A DNA stretch of 64,000 nt, from contig MNCI01002446.1 in assembly GCA_015680685.1 (NCBI GenBank), forward strand, positions 327,876 to 391,875, read 5' to 3'. The position numbers were made by a program, and so were the translations under genes. Source of the stretch: Gnetum montanum. Lineage: Eukaryota; Plantae; Gnetophyta. This document shows positions 12,896-25,833 of the stretch, in pieces. Below the pieces are notes generated by a model. It searched no databases and was not told the DNA's origin. It saw nothing but the letters and a program-made list of their open reading frames with translations. How positions within the stretch are numbered: position 1 is the first letter of the stretch; the number at the start of each line of letters is the position of its first letter.

Positions 12896-13475
12896 GACAT
12901 AAATAGTTTTTATTAGCCTACATAAAGGGTGTAACATGAACACTCAAAAAAAAAATCATGTTAACAAAATCAAAGATACCAAGTATTATGAATTTATTTG
13001 AAATTCAAAGTTTATTCCCATTAATTAGCTTTAAAATATGAAAGAAAAAAATCACTTTATTAAAAAAAGTCATTAAGTTATTGACTTATGCAAGGTAGTA
13101 GCATGCATAAAGAGATATGAACAACTTGAAAATTGAGGGTAACAATATCCAAACTCTTGATTTGAAAATTCTAAACCAAAGAGTTTGATTTTGGTAAACA
13201 ATGCTAATTTATAAAGTTCTAACTAGACTATATATCTTAAGGTCCATGTATAATTTTAGCGTCCACTATTAAGGATTATTATCGTCGAGATTCAAAGTGT
13301 ATTTACATTAGCTGGTTTTAAAAACATAAAAAACACCATTTTATGAAAAATCATCAACTTATTGGTGCTCTACTATACATTAATTGTCATCGAACTTTTC
13401 GCGGGGTGTGTCGCGCCCGTACAAAGTGTTGCATAATTGATACCGTGAACACTTGTAACTTGAATATTCTTGTAC

Positions 13476-13673
13476 TTAATACATGTCCTTCCTGATAGGA
13501 AAAACCAGTATTTTCATTATTTTTTGTGCAATCAAACAAACAAAACGCAAGGAGCAACAATAATGAAAATGAAATACAAACGCGGACCCTGTTTGTCGCC
13601 CGTGTTGTTTTGTTGGGTGGTTGTTGTTGCTGCCGGTAGACTCAGACTGCACAGGATGTTCTTGTGTCTCCAT
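13476..13673 (-). CDS. Putative small ORF gene or lncRNA exon, divergent from the TMEM131-like gene
   Basis: gtgATGG context; METQEHPVQSESTGSNNNHPTKQHGRQTG...KDMY*; possible 96-nt GT-AG intron 13587-13492; upstream CTGAC...GCCAG acceptor and U-rich intron-like tract. No family recognised. Confidence 0.3.
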   Translation of the reverse strand: METQEHPVQSESTGSNNNHPTKQHGRQTGSAFVFHFHYCCSLRFVCLIAQKIMKILVFPIRKDMY

Positions 13674-13712
13674 CACTACTTCGGTGTAATTATCAAGCAA
13701 ACACAGTTTTCT

Positions 13713-13900
13713 GGTGGACTTATTTATTGTTGAAGAATTAAGTTAATTTAAACCTGGCAGCCGTCAGAATTTACAAAAATGTTTGGCCAGTACGAGCACA
13801 GCCGCAGGTGGACTTATTTATTGTTGAAGAATTAAGTTAATTTAAACCTGGCAGCCGTCAGAATTTACAAAAATGTTTGGCCAGTACGAGCACAGCCGCA
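13713..13900. repeat. 94-bp perfect tandem duplication
   Basis: GGTGGACTTATTT...CACAGCCGCA at 13713-13806 and 13807-13900; GG microhomology at the junction. Confidence 0.95.
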
Positions 13901-14610
13901 GGAGGGACGTGAAAAGGAAGCAACCGAAGAAAAAAGGGGAACTAAATGAATGGTCCAGAAAAATAGAAAATAAGTTGAGAAGACCAAAAAAAGGAAAAAT
14001 GTTGGGAGAGGTAAGGAACAAAAGGAACCTTAGCCAAGGCAAGGTAAGGCAAGGCAGCGGTACATAGGTACCACTCAATCCCAACGGCAAGAATCTTTGC
14101 AAGATTCCGTCCCGGCCCAAGAAAAGCACGAAAACACATTTTCTTTAATAAATCTCGTTTCTCTACCATAAGCGCAGAATCCCCCCAACATACATGAATC
14201 TCGAAACTGCTATTAAAAATAAACAAATAATTAAAAAGCTTGCAGATTCCTTGACTTGCCACAAAATGCATCGTTTTCCACGTACACTATAATAACAATA
14301 ATAATCGCATCAAAATCCAATCTGGCCCAGAATGACGGCACAGAGGAGGCGCAGATGCGTGCGTGTCCAAGACCAAACAGAAATCTCTCTCTTTTCTTGT
14401 TTTTTGCTCTTCTGCTTCTTCTTTTTTTGTCGTTGGTAGTAGTTACCTTACCTAACGCCATTTTTCGTGCTTGGATTTCATTTTTCATTTGCTTTTGTTT
14501 CAACGCCAGAAAAGCACAAACAAAAACAAGAAAACAAAAAAAAAAGAAAATAGAAGAAGAAACGTGCTTTGGATTTGCCTTAGCTCAGCTTGCCGGCCCT
14601 GCAGTGCTGT

Positions 14611-14649
14611 CCGTCCGTATAGCAAATTACCGTCCGTATAGCAAATTAC
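14611..14649. repeat. 19-bp tandem duplication in promoter region
   Basis: CCGTCCGTATAGCAAATTA x2. Confidence 0.85.
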
Positions 14650-14882
14650 ATGTGTATATCACTGAATAGCTGTATCTGCATAAGTATTTAGATCATCGCC
14701 TTATTTGGAGGAGGTGCGTGTGCTGGTGCCAGATACAGAGCTGACCGGTTTTTCGGTCGTTTGTTGTTTTTTATCCATCCTGCTCCTCTCCTCCTGAGTC
14801 TTATTCTTCTTATTCTTCTTCCGTTTTTTGAAAATGAAGAATCCTCGTAATCCTTTTCATCTCCGTTGCCCTTGGTGAAGAT

Positions 14883-14942
14883 TATGATGATGACGACGAC
14901 GACGACGTTGTTGTTGTTGTTCTGTTTGTTGCTGCTGCTGCG
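14883..14942. repeat. Compound trinucleotide microsatellite in 5' leader
   Basis: (GAT)n(GAC)5(GTT)5...(GCT)n. Confidence 0.85.
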
Positions 14943-15494
14943 AATCTGATTTTGTAGCGTTCGGATTAGAGAGGGAGAATCTGGTCTTCATCTTGTTCTG
15001 TTATTGGCGAGCAGCTCCAGCGTACCAACGCAACGCGGCGGGCCTTTGTATTGTATTTGTTTTCGGTCTGATTGGAGGAGGATAGATTATCGCGGCTGTG
15101 CGTTCATGGCGAGGGTTTAGCCCCGGCGGTGGTGGCTCTGATCGTTCTGCTGCTGAGACGCAGGTGCTTTTGCTTCGTTTTTTTTTCCCTGTTTAGGTCT
15201 TTAAAGGCTTCATTTATTTCGCAGCATTTTTGTTTTGGAAGCTCTGTTCACTTCAAAGCATTATTCGTTGAGAAGCTTTTGGTCGGCCCTTCTGTTTCAA
15301 AGTAGTGCCTATTTATTGTTTCACATGAAGTTTTGGATGCTTTATTTATTTGAAAGTTTTGCTCATGTTGAGTCTGCATTTAGTTCAGAGCTTTGTTTCA
15401 AGTTTTTTCTCCATGGGATGTTGCGTAATCCTGCAAAGCATATTTATTTTTGTTTTTTTTTTCCGTATGTGTGCACAATATCAGGTAACCGTTA

Positions 15495-18400
15495 ATGGAG
15501 AGGAAGAGCAAACGCAGAAGCGGAGCCTTTGCGGCGTCTGGCGCATTGACTTCCTCCTCGTGGTATCTGTTTTTACCTGTTTTATTTTGTGTCTCAATTT
15601 TATTAAACGCAAGTCAGTTAAATCTTTCTCTTCTACATTGCTTTTTCCCCGGGAACGTCTGCGCAGTGCAACACAGTGAGGAATCTCCTTCGCCTAAGTT
15701 TTTTATCCCTTCGATGCTCCTTCCTTGGAGGGTTTATAAATCGTAACCTGAAACCGTCGGAGCGCACACGGTTAGCTTTAGCAGCGAATATACGTAGACG
15801 ATAACTTTGGATAAGGTTTATGTGAAGAGACTGTAAGAGTATATTAGCGGTTTCTCTCGTTTTCACTTTGCATGACTCCAGCGATTCTGGTCATTATGTG
15901 TTTCTGGATAAATTTCCAGGCTTGCATCTACTCTTCATAAAATATATAAGCCGTTACGGAGCCCCAAGTAAATAGCTGTTTTTGTAACTATAGTCAGTTT
16001 TTGAGACATAGGTTCATTCATCCACCAGAAGCCATCTCAGAGGTCTTTAGTGCTTAGGTTATTAGACCGGCGACATTTCCTTGTAACTAAGCGCGTTCTT
16101 GGAAGCTGCCGTTAGCAATATTCAGAGCTATGAATGCTTATGTGGAACGTTACCAATGGAAGCAAACTTTTAATAATTGGAATCTTGTTTCATTTTTATA
16201 CGTTTTGTTTTTTAGGTATACCTGGTGTATTGTGTTAAGTATGGTGCCCATGTAAATTTGACATACATGTCCTGCGTTTTCTTAAAATAAAAATAAGTTT
16301 AAAATTGTAATTGAAGCCATAGGTTTGGGTCATCAGGAAGTGAGGATGACTTCGCCACATAGAGTGTATACTTAAAGATTATTTTCTGCACACAGTTGTT
16401 GTGGCAATGCGAAGAGTTGTTTTGAGCTGGCAAGTTATGCAAGTCTATTTATGATGGGATGAATTATTTTCTCCATCCGGATATGGTAACATATTTGGTT
16501 GTACGTAGTTAAAGGTATTTGGGTATCGGCTGGTCAATGCGGAATGACAAATATTTCTGTGCTCATAACATAAAAATTTTGGACATATGGAACTCAGAGT
16601 TACTGCTTGGAGCTCATATTCTCATCGACAGTGTTGTGCTAATAGGTGCCATTTACTTTAATTACCAAGGTGTGGTAACTGGTTTGGTGAATAGCCTTTC
16701 AGTGTTCCATGCCAGATATTTGTATTCTTAAGTAGGTCTTTACTTCTGACAATGACTGCTAGTGTGCGTTACTGTCCACTGAGGGAGTAGCAATTTTAGA
16801 TGAATTGGAGCACAAGCAAAGGCGTTTTTCTTTTTAACTTGGCAAAAAAATTGTCAGAAAGTATATGCAGATTTTCTGGTCGTGTAATCGGCAAGTCTCA
16901 AGGGCAGAGGACATTATTCATATATGACGTAATGCAGAAAGTGGTGGAGTAATGGATCAATAGGAAGCTGGTGATGAGCGCTTGGAGTTTTTCCTTGTAT
17001 CCATGTTAGAGAAGAATTTATTTGGAGAGCAAGATATTATTTCAAACCATAATATGACAAATCGGTGAATTGCTTTGAACAGATATGATTGTCACAATGG
17101 GAAAATTAACTTTTCCATTTGGCTTGCTGTCTGTGTACTGGACACTACCGTATCTTAAATAAAGAATGAACTGGTAGATGGCATTTAAGATATTTGGCAA
17201 TGGTAATGAAGTGAATTGATACAATGTATCCGTGGTTTAAGTAAAAATGTTGGTGAGCATAAAAACAAAATGGTGATGGCATGCCAGTTAAGTCAGGGTC
17301 TAGTATGATGATGAGTTCTTGCTCCGTTGAGCTTTGTATGGGTATATTGCTTTCCTATAGGCAGGTCTTATTCTCTCCGGATAAAGTGCCATTTCATAAA
17401 ATTTGTAGATGATTTTTTAGAACAGTTGTGATTCATTAATTCTTGTTTAAAGTTGAAGGGAAGCAACAAAGAAGTAGACTGAAACATACCTGGTTTGCTT
17501 GCATGAAGAAAGACAACCAAGATTTGGCTATTAATGCTTATTTGGCTTTTATTAGACTGCCTTGTAATTGGGATAAGGCTAGGATGATGATGACGAAACT
17601 ATAGATACTAAAACAGAAACAGAATTCCCTTTTAATATTATTACCAAGACCCTTTGATTTCATTGGACAGAATGCAGTTCCAACCTTTTTTATAAGGATA
17701 TGTTTATATAAAACAGTCATCACCTGGAGGCTGAATGCTTACACTGCCAAGTGGGTCTGCGAGGCTGGGAAGGGTCATTACTCCATACTTGAGCTAAAGC
17801 CTTACCTCTTTTTGAGTGGCTGTGCCCAGGCTTGAACTCAGGCCTTATGAGTTGAGAAATGAGCACCTTATGATCACTGTAAGAATGTCCCTTTAAAATG
17901 ACCTTTTTATATCTCAGCATAAATTATCCGTAATTAACTGTGATGTGTACACATGCCTTACCAACAAGCTATACTTATTGCTACATCATTTTTATTTTTT
18001 AGAGAACTGTATGAAGGAAATGTTTCATGTCACAGCTCTTCATAACTTATCATGAGGGTAGGCCAACTGGTAACTGTTTTTGATAAGATGCCATCAGTTG
18101 TAAATTTTAAACAACCTTATTTGTGGAGAACAAAATAGTGTAACAAAGCTTTCAGTATTCCATCTAGGTATTCGGACTTTGTAAGAAGTTCTCAGAATCC
18201 CATCTATTAGTTTTTTATTTATTGAGAGGCAGTTTTTATGCCCACTTATGCTCTTCCATGGAATTTGATACCTAGGCTGGATTTGTGATTACTTTCCTTG
18301 CAGCTATATGCTGTTTTTATGGCATTAAAAGTTCCAGCTACTATCGTTACTGATCCGAATTTTAAGCAACTTGGTGTATGTATCATTGTCTTCTTAGTGC

Positions 18401-21400
18401 CATTATTTAACACATATTCTTGCATTCATGCCTGCCAAAACCTCTAAACTCATTCTGAGTGCATAGTGGTGTGTTTCAGTAATCCATTCAATTTTACAGA
18501 GTCATTTTTTCTTAATTATTCCTTCTCCAAATGTAGGGGGAATCGGCAACCGACTCTGAAGCATGAATCAATGTAATGGAGAAGAAGGATAAGTGATTTG
18601 ATGTGCATTTTTTATTTTCTAATTTGATTTTATTGACAATCATATCTTTGTCTCTTTTCTGATTTCAAGGCTGATTACACGTGGAAACATCAATACATAG
18701 AGAAACTCTGATGCTGTATAAATCGTGGTAGTAAATTAATGAATTTTAGATCTACAATATGGTTTAGATTTTAAACCTATATCTAAAATCTACAATTTCT
18801 CAAATTCATGCTTATGGTTACATCCTTAATCATCGAAAGCTTTTAATCCATGACTTAAATGAAAGATGATGCATGCTTTGCTGGATGAAGCTGCACGTAT
18901 TGCAAATAAATGTTTTTGTATTTATTAAATAGTCACATTCAGGGGTGCTTTGTTTGTCTTAATTAATTGGATTTGGTTGGTAAAGCCATGTAGGGTTTTT
19001 GCGTATAGAATTTTCTTACAATTGGCTGGGACTCATAATGTTTTAATTTTTTGATTATTCTTTCAGGTCTTGGTGTTTCTGTGACCATGCTCCAAGGGGA
19101 CTTGACTTGGCGTCTCTTCTTTTCTCTTGGATTGTATTTTCTTTGGTGATTTGCATGCCATGTTTTGCAAAAGGACAGTATGTCTCTGTGTTAAATAAAA
19201 CAAGCAATTGCTTAGAGCTACATGCATGTGATAGTGTTGCGAAAACTCTGTTCAACCAATCAGAATTTAGCGTCGGTGATAATGATGAAGGGTTGGAAGA
19301 GATGATGACGATATCACCGATATGTCGAAAAGGTAAGTACGCTTGTTTTGGGTCACAATCAGTGTGCATTTCTTGTGCAAAGTCCAAAAAGAAGGATGGT
19401 ACAACACAGTCAGCGTCTGAGATACATAAACTCACACATAGTTATAATGGGCAAGAAATTCAAGGATCAGCACATTCCAAGGATTTAATGAAGACTGAAA
19501 ACAATGAGCAATCCTCATTTATTCTTTCAGATGGCAGAAATATTGCTTCTTCTTCGTTTCCGGACAAGTGTTTGTCGAATCAAAAGATTTCTAATGAAGT
19601 GATGAAGTTAGAGTTACCTCAAGCTGAAGTGTTTGGCAGTGTACTTCCGAACGTGGCAGTGAGGCCTGTAATGATGGAGTGGGAGCCGCATCCATTATTT
19701 TCTCCTTCTCTGCTGTCTTTGACAGTAATTAATAACTGCAATGAAACTAGTCTGCACATTTTTAAGCCTTTCAGTACAAATTCTCAATTCTATTCCTATG
19801 ATTTTGAAGAGGCTATACTACCTCCTGGCAAAATGATTTCAATACCTTTTGTTTTCCTCCCAGAGGTTGTTGGTTTGGCCACGGGACATGTTGTTTTGCA
19901 AACTAGCATGGGTGGATTTCTGATTCAGGCAAAAGGCCTAGGTCTAGAATCTCCATTTAAGGTTACAGCATTTACTGGTATCTCTGCTTTGTCTGGAGTA
20001 AGACTCCAAAAAAATATGTCATTGTATAATCCGTTTGAGGGATTACTTTTTGTAGAAGAGGTGTCTATGTGCATAACAGAAGCTGAAACTGTATCAAAGA
20101 AGGCTTTTGGCATTGTATGTAAGGATGAGCTTACTTTGGTGGACAGTGATGACATGTCTCCTAGTAAAGACTCTTTGTTAAGTTTTGGCAGGGAGGCTGC
20201 AGGTGGCTTGTTGCTGAGCTTAAAACCTTTGGGTGAATGGTTGTTAAGCTCTTATAGTGAAAGTACTTTCCTACAATTTGAAATGTCTGCCGAAATGGAG
20301 GGGAAGTTTTCAGGAGCTTTATGTATAGCTCTTAGAAATGCTTCAAAAGATTCAAAGCAAAAACTTATAATACCACTGGAAGTGAATATATTGAAAAATC
20401 CGGGGAAAATATTGCAGATATATCCATCATTCTGTCAGCTAGAATCTAGCAGTGTTAGTGATACAGAGCAAATAATGAAAGGTGCTCTGGCATTGGAGAA
20501 TGGTGGCTCAGAAATAATAAAGCTGGAGCAAATAATAGTAGATCGGAAGAGTGAAAAATACCTTGATATTCAATTTCTGAAAGGACTTATTCTTTTGCCA
20601 GCTACAGTGACACATGTTGCAATGGTTACGTACAAGAATGTTGAGAAACCTTTTGAGGATTGTCAATTACAGCAACCAAGCATAATGCCAGATTGTCAAT
20701 TGATCATTGTTACAAACAGCACTAGTAACCCACAGCTTAACATTCCATGTCAAGATTTGGTTCATTACAATTTTAAGCAAAAGAATGACATCTTTCTGTC
20801 TGATTCTGGAAACAGTCTTGACAGATTCTTCCAATTAAATGATGCAGAAACTTTATATGATAAGCCGAATGGGAACCATGTTATTCAACCAATGTCAGAG
20901 TCATCACTGAAGGTGCGTGACAACATTCATTTTCCTTTGAACTTGGATTCTGGTTTTTCACTTTTCCCAATTTCCTTGCCTTCTGAATATTCAAACTTTC
21001 AATATGCATATTTTAATGAAATAACTAATATATGAACCACATTTATTTTTCAGCATCAATGGGATATCTGTCTTTATGGTTAAGTACTAACTTAGACGAA
21101 CTGATTTAGGCGCGATTTTGGGCTTTTAAACTATCCCGTTGCATAAGTATATCCGGTAAATTTGCTGAAAATGAAGAAATCTTGGTTGCTGAATGTAGAT
21201 TAAAATACATATTTCTCAGAATGCTGAGCTCATTAAAAAAACTTGATTTTAGCTTTTTTAAATTAGTAGTTATCTTAATGAATTTTAGTAAGCTTTCCAT
21301 ATTTCCAACTTCATTTACTGATAAACTCCACCCACTACCTCGTTTATGGTCATTGTTTCCTCAAAGGGCTGAAATTTACATGCATCTCCTTGCCTGAGGA

Positions 21401-24400
21401 TGCTGTTTGTTGGAGCAATATATATGCTTTCAACCATTGCCCTTTCTAGATTCTTGGCGCTTCCATTCCGAATTGTGTGTTATATTAAAACTTGAAGAGT
21501 TTCTCATTCTTCTTGTGGGATGAAACCTTCATTTTAATAGCAGCAAAAATACAATAACAGATCGTTCGCACCTTCGAATGTTGAAATGCCAGTATCATGG
21601 ATGGAAGCTTATGCAGACACACCAAATGTAAACGTGCAGATGTTCGTTGCTAATCAATAAGACTATGGGTAACAATTCGAGAGACAACCGTCTTCTTTAT
21701 TGTGTATACAATCTCAATGTACCAGATATATGGTCCTCATCACACACAAGGCCTGGAGTTTAAAATGGTAGATTTTTTATATGTAGGCAAGCATTTAAGA
21801 TCATATTTTGGAGCAGTGACTGTTGAATCCTGAACTTTTCTCAAAAAGAATGGGCATCATTAGAGATGTCAGTGACTTGAGACTACCATGGTATTGGTCA
21901 GAATTATCTTATTTCAAAGTGAGATTTTGCTAATGCGTTGATGGGGGATTATCAAAGTGAGTTTTTGCTAATGCATTGATACTAAATCATGGGGACCACC
22001 ACTTGGGAGTGATGTGGGAGTGATGGTAAGGTTCTTGTTTTTCAAGCTGTAATACCTGTAATACCTGTGTTCAAGCCTGGGCATAGCCACTCAAAAGAGG
22101 TTAGGCTTTCACTCAAAAGAGGTTAGGCTTTCACTGCTCTACTGACCCTCCCAGGATCCTGCACTAGTGGGATGAGGATTGGTCTTCTGGCTGATTATCC
22201 TGTGATGCTAAATTTGCCCAATATGGATATCTTTCCCACATTTTCTGAGACTGAATACCGAAATGACATTTTCGCTTAGCTTATATTGGATGGAGCCCCC
22301 AATACTGGATGTTTATCCGCCGACCCCACGGCTTCTTCTTGTTTTAGAATTACCATGCTGCAATCTTTTTATATTATTCTATCCTTAACTGGAAATCTTA
22401 TGGTTTATCTTGTTCTCTCATCTTTCTTTATTCTGTCATCCTCATTTCAGGACAACATGTTAGAATTTGCAACTAAAGGAGATGAATTGTTTCTGCGGAA
22501 CTGGAAATTACAGGGAACTTCCGATAACTGTTCCCTCCTTGCTCAGAGAGTTATATTATACTCCGTGGTTCAGAATGGCGCAAATGTGTCAAAATGGATT
22601 CATGTGATCAATCCCACTGAACACATTGTAGCAATGCAACTTATTCTAGCTTCAGAACCTTTCGCTCATGATTGTAAGCATTATGATCCAGATAATCCAC
22701 ATGTCCCAACTGATAAAAGAACAAGAAGAGTCGCTTTCAATTCTAGTTCCCAGTTGAATCCAGTGTTTTTATTGCCGGAAAATGGAAGAACAGAAGCTAG
22801 TGTTCAACCGCATAGCAAGGCTGTTTTAGGTCCCGTAGTTTTTCAGCCTTCAGAGAGCTGCATTTGGACAACTTTTGCATTTTTAAGGAATAATCTTTCG
22901 GGAGTAGAGTCGTTACATTTGCAGGGAACAGGGAGAAACTTTAAGTTGACATTTTATGAAGGGTTGAAAGAAGCTGAAGAACTACAATTTAGCATACACC
23001 AGGCATCACTGTTCTCTGCTATTTGGACGATGAAGTTTTATTCCAGCAAGATTTTCCGCAGAGCAGGGTCAAAAAATTTCTGTAACACATCATTACAGAA
23101 AACATTGATAGCAAAAAACACAGGAGATGCACCTCTTCAAGTCAATGTCGTTAACATCGGCGGGAAAGCTTGTGCATCAAATGGATTTCGTGTTCATACC
23201 TGTGATGGGTTTTTTTTAAACCTTGGAGAATCCATCGAATTGCCCATTTCTTTTCAAAGTGACTTTTCAGCATCGGCTGTGTATCAAGAACTTGAGTTTC
23301 CTTTGCCTTCAGGCATCCTTACAGTTCCATTACATGCAAGAATTCCTAATCACATGGTTGCACTGTGTACGAAATCCCTATCTGAGCTGATACTAAGAAA
23401 AGTTTTAATTCTTGTACTTGTTGCAGTAGTTGTGTATGCTGTAACGGTTTGGCGTACACATTCTAACGAGCCGGCGCATATATGTATAAAGCATTTTCAT
23501 CAAGGCAAGAAATTTGCAGTTTCTCCAGTTCCGAAGGATGGCAGGCAGATGCATGGTGAGCATACCAAACAAAGGTAATGTATTTGAAATTTTCATAATA
23601 AACACTTAACATTCAACTCTCATGTTCTGAGAAATCTGTTTTTCTAATGGACAGGTCACCAGCAGTTGCAAGGATTCAAAATCTTCATGTTCCCCCTGCA
23701 AAGGCCAAAGGGTCCAAGGAAGAACATGCGGAATTATTGAAAAGTAAAATTGAACGGAGTTTTGGAGAAGGCAACCGCAATGATTTAAGCAGAGGTCGCG
23801 AGAAAGTCCGTTTTGATGCGCTATCTGGTTACGAACCCTTAAAGTATTTGCAAGAATGTGACAACAGAGATGATGTTAAAACTGGTTGTGATGAAACACC
23901 GGAAAAACAAAAATACGACTTGGTAGCACAGAAAGTATCTGCTGATGACGGTTCTGCTTCAAACAAGCTTTCAATGGAATTCAGTCGGAACCATTATCGA
24001 GATAAGCAAGCAAAACAGCTGCATGATAACAAGGATAATAAAGATTTGAGTTCATCGTACGGGGGCGATGATAATTCACGGAATCATAAAAGTATCTCCA
24101 AACCGTTGCCTGCTTCTTCATTCTTCTCTGTTGGTAAGGACGATGCCCTGAAAGCTACGGGAGTGTCGGACGTTTCTTTTGATGCTCCAATTTCAGGACG
24201 TCTCACTATCAAGCTGTCAAAGGAGAAAGGTAGGCGCAGGAAAAAGAAAAACTCCAGCAACATTGCAATGAAGCAGGATCTTGCTGGTAGCCACAGTGGA
24301 CATTCAACTCCATCGTCACCACTTTCACCTATCACGCCTGCTTCATCATCAAGTCCCCATAGCCCACGTGTAAAAACATCTTTGCAATCAACTTTGTTCC

Positions 24401-25158
24401 TGAATGATGTTGGGTCCATTGACTTGAAGAATCATGGTTCCAGTGCTTGCACAAACGACGAGCTTTCTGCCAAGTCGCAAAAAAGTGCAGCTAATCTTTG
24501 TATCAAATGTGGCTTTGATGAAGAAGTCTGCAAGTTCTGTAAATTTAATATCCAGCAACCAAAGCTTGATGCCCCTGTCACATCAAATACTGAAGGAAGA
24601 GCTAAACCAAAGACCTCCAGAGAATCTTCTTCAGCAGTAAGTGGAGACTGGCTTGCTGTGGCCAAAAAAACTCCAGAGTGGAGTGCTGGCAACTTGGTGA
24701 AGCCCGATTCTTGCTCATCAACAAAGAAGTCTTTATCATCATCTGCAACCTTTCCTTGTGGGCGATATTGCAAATCAAATTTGCAGACGCCTTCGCCATC
24801 TCTCGTGTCCACATCTTCTATTGCTCCTGATGCCCGTGCTCCTGGAACAAAGCTGAACAAGAGTACTCCTATTCCATCCATTAAGAATGTAAATGCAGAT
24901 CCGGTGGAGCAAGAGTTTACTTATGATATATGGGGTAATCGTTTTGCCGGATTTCCACTTACAAGCACAAACACTTCTGTTTCAAACTTTGGATTGCCAA
25001 ATACCAGTGTGGCACCGATACTTCAAGACTATTCCCATAGTTTTTTTGCAAGGTTCACCCCACAATCCAATGTTGAAAATGCCAGTGAAGCAAATAAATC
25101 TCCGGTGTCCACGAATTCGCCTGAATTTCTCAATGATCACTCTGATGTTACTGGTTGA
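15495..25158 (+). CDS. TMEM131: TMEM131-family (DUF3651/TMEM131-like) membrane protein, ~1513 aa; join(15495..15562,19067..20912,22451..23574,23655..25158)
   Basis: All three GT-AG introns are phase-compatible (TG|G, AAG|GAC, AG|G); total 4542 nt. Hydrophobic N-terminal segment; motifs PFSTNSQFYSYDF..FVFLP..LQTSMGGFLIQAKG..ESPF, RNNLSGVE.L.L.G, KNTGD.PL.V..C..NGF.V..C; TM helix; RRRKKK; SGHSTPSSPLSP; FTYDIWG. 5'UTR intron ~15164-15484. Confidence 0.9.
17712..17893 (-). mobile_element. tRNA-derived SINE (Au-like), intron 1
   Basis: Minus strand has B-box GAGTTCAAGCC, then TGGGCACAGCCACTC...GGTAAGGCT...GACCCTTCCC; homologous to 21991-22200. Confidence 0.7.
21991..22200 (+). mobile_element. tRNA-derived SINE (Au-like), intron 2
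   Basis: AGTGATGGTAAGG A-box-like, GTGTTCAAGCC B-box, GCATAGCCACTC..GGTTAGGCT..GACCCTCCCAGGATCCTGCACTAGTGGG; layout matches Au-type SINEs. Confidence 0.7.
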
Positions 25159-25833
25159 CTAGATTTACATGAACATCCTTGTTAACTAGTGCAAAAAAAC
25201 AAAAAATAAATAAATAAAATTTTTGCAGCCCAACTGCCGTATTCATGTTCAGTGGTAGCGTTGTTTAAAAATATCACAAGGATGAAATGTTCATTGAATA
25301 TCATCAGTTTGTAATTATTTGCAGTTTGTTTATTTATAATATTGGACTGTGTTAAGAAATATAATTTATTTCATTAATGTTTAATTCATTTACCGACCGT
25401 AGACGCAATAGACAGGGTATATCTGTTGACTGTTAAAGAAGAATTTCATTATTGAGCATTTTATCCCGTTTCATGGCTAGAAATCCTGGGAACGCACGAG
25501 TGTAGTTCATGATTATGGAATTAAAAAGGAATTACCGACATTGTTAATTTAACATAATATATCTCAAGCAGCAAGACGTGGGTTAAGAGCTTAAGGCGGA
25601 TTCACCTTGAAGAGGTTAAATTTTTGTTTATCTAGAACCTTTATAGAACTTTGCCCTGGCAGAATGAGCATCCAGGCTATAATTCAGCATGGAGCCTATA
25701 AGTAATGATCCCATATTATCCTATATTGTCGGCAGCTTAGGTCTGTTTGGCTGTTCTGTTCTAATCCATTTTAGTTGGTCTTTTTGCATCAGGTTGACTC
25801 AAAACCCAAATGTGCGAATTAGTTGAGCATTAA

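Noticed and set aside
14231-14669. Overlapping ORFs 14256-14669 (+) and 14231-14503 (-)
   Set aside because: Low-complexity promoter/UTR sequence with non-ATG or weak starts and no recognisable family.
18530-18730. Possible cryptic exons in TMEM131-like intron 1
   Set aside because: Acceptor and donor-like sites exist, but the segments contain stops and exon 1 joins exon 2 in frame without them; needs RNA data.
24084-24881. Antisense ORFs of 111 and 149 aa
   Set aside because: Shadows of the TMEM131-like coding exon.
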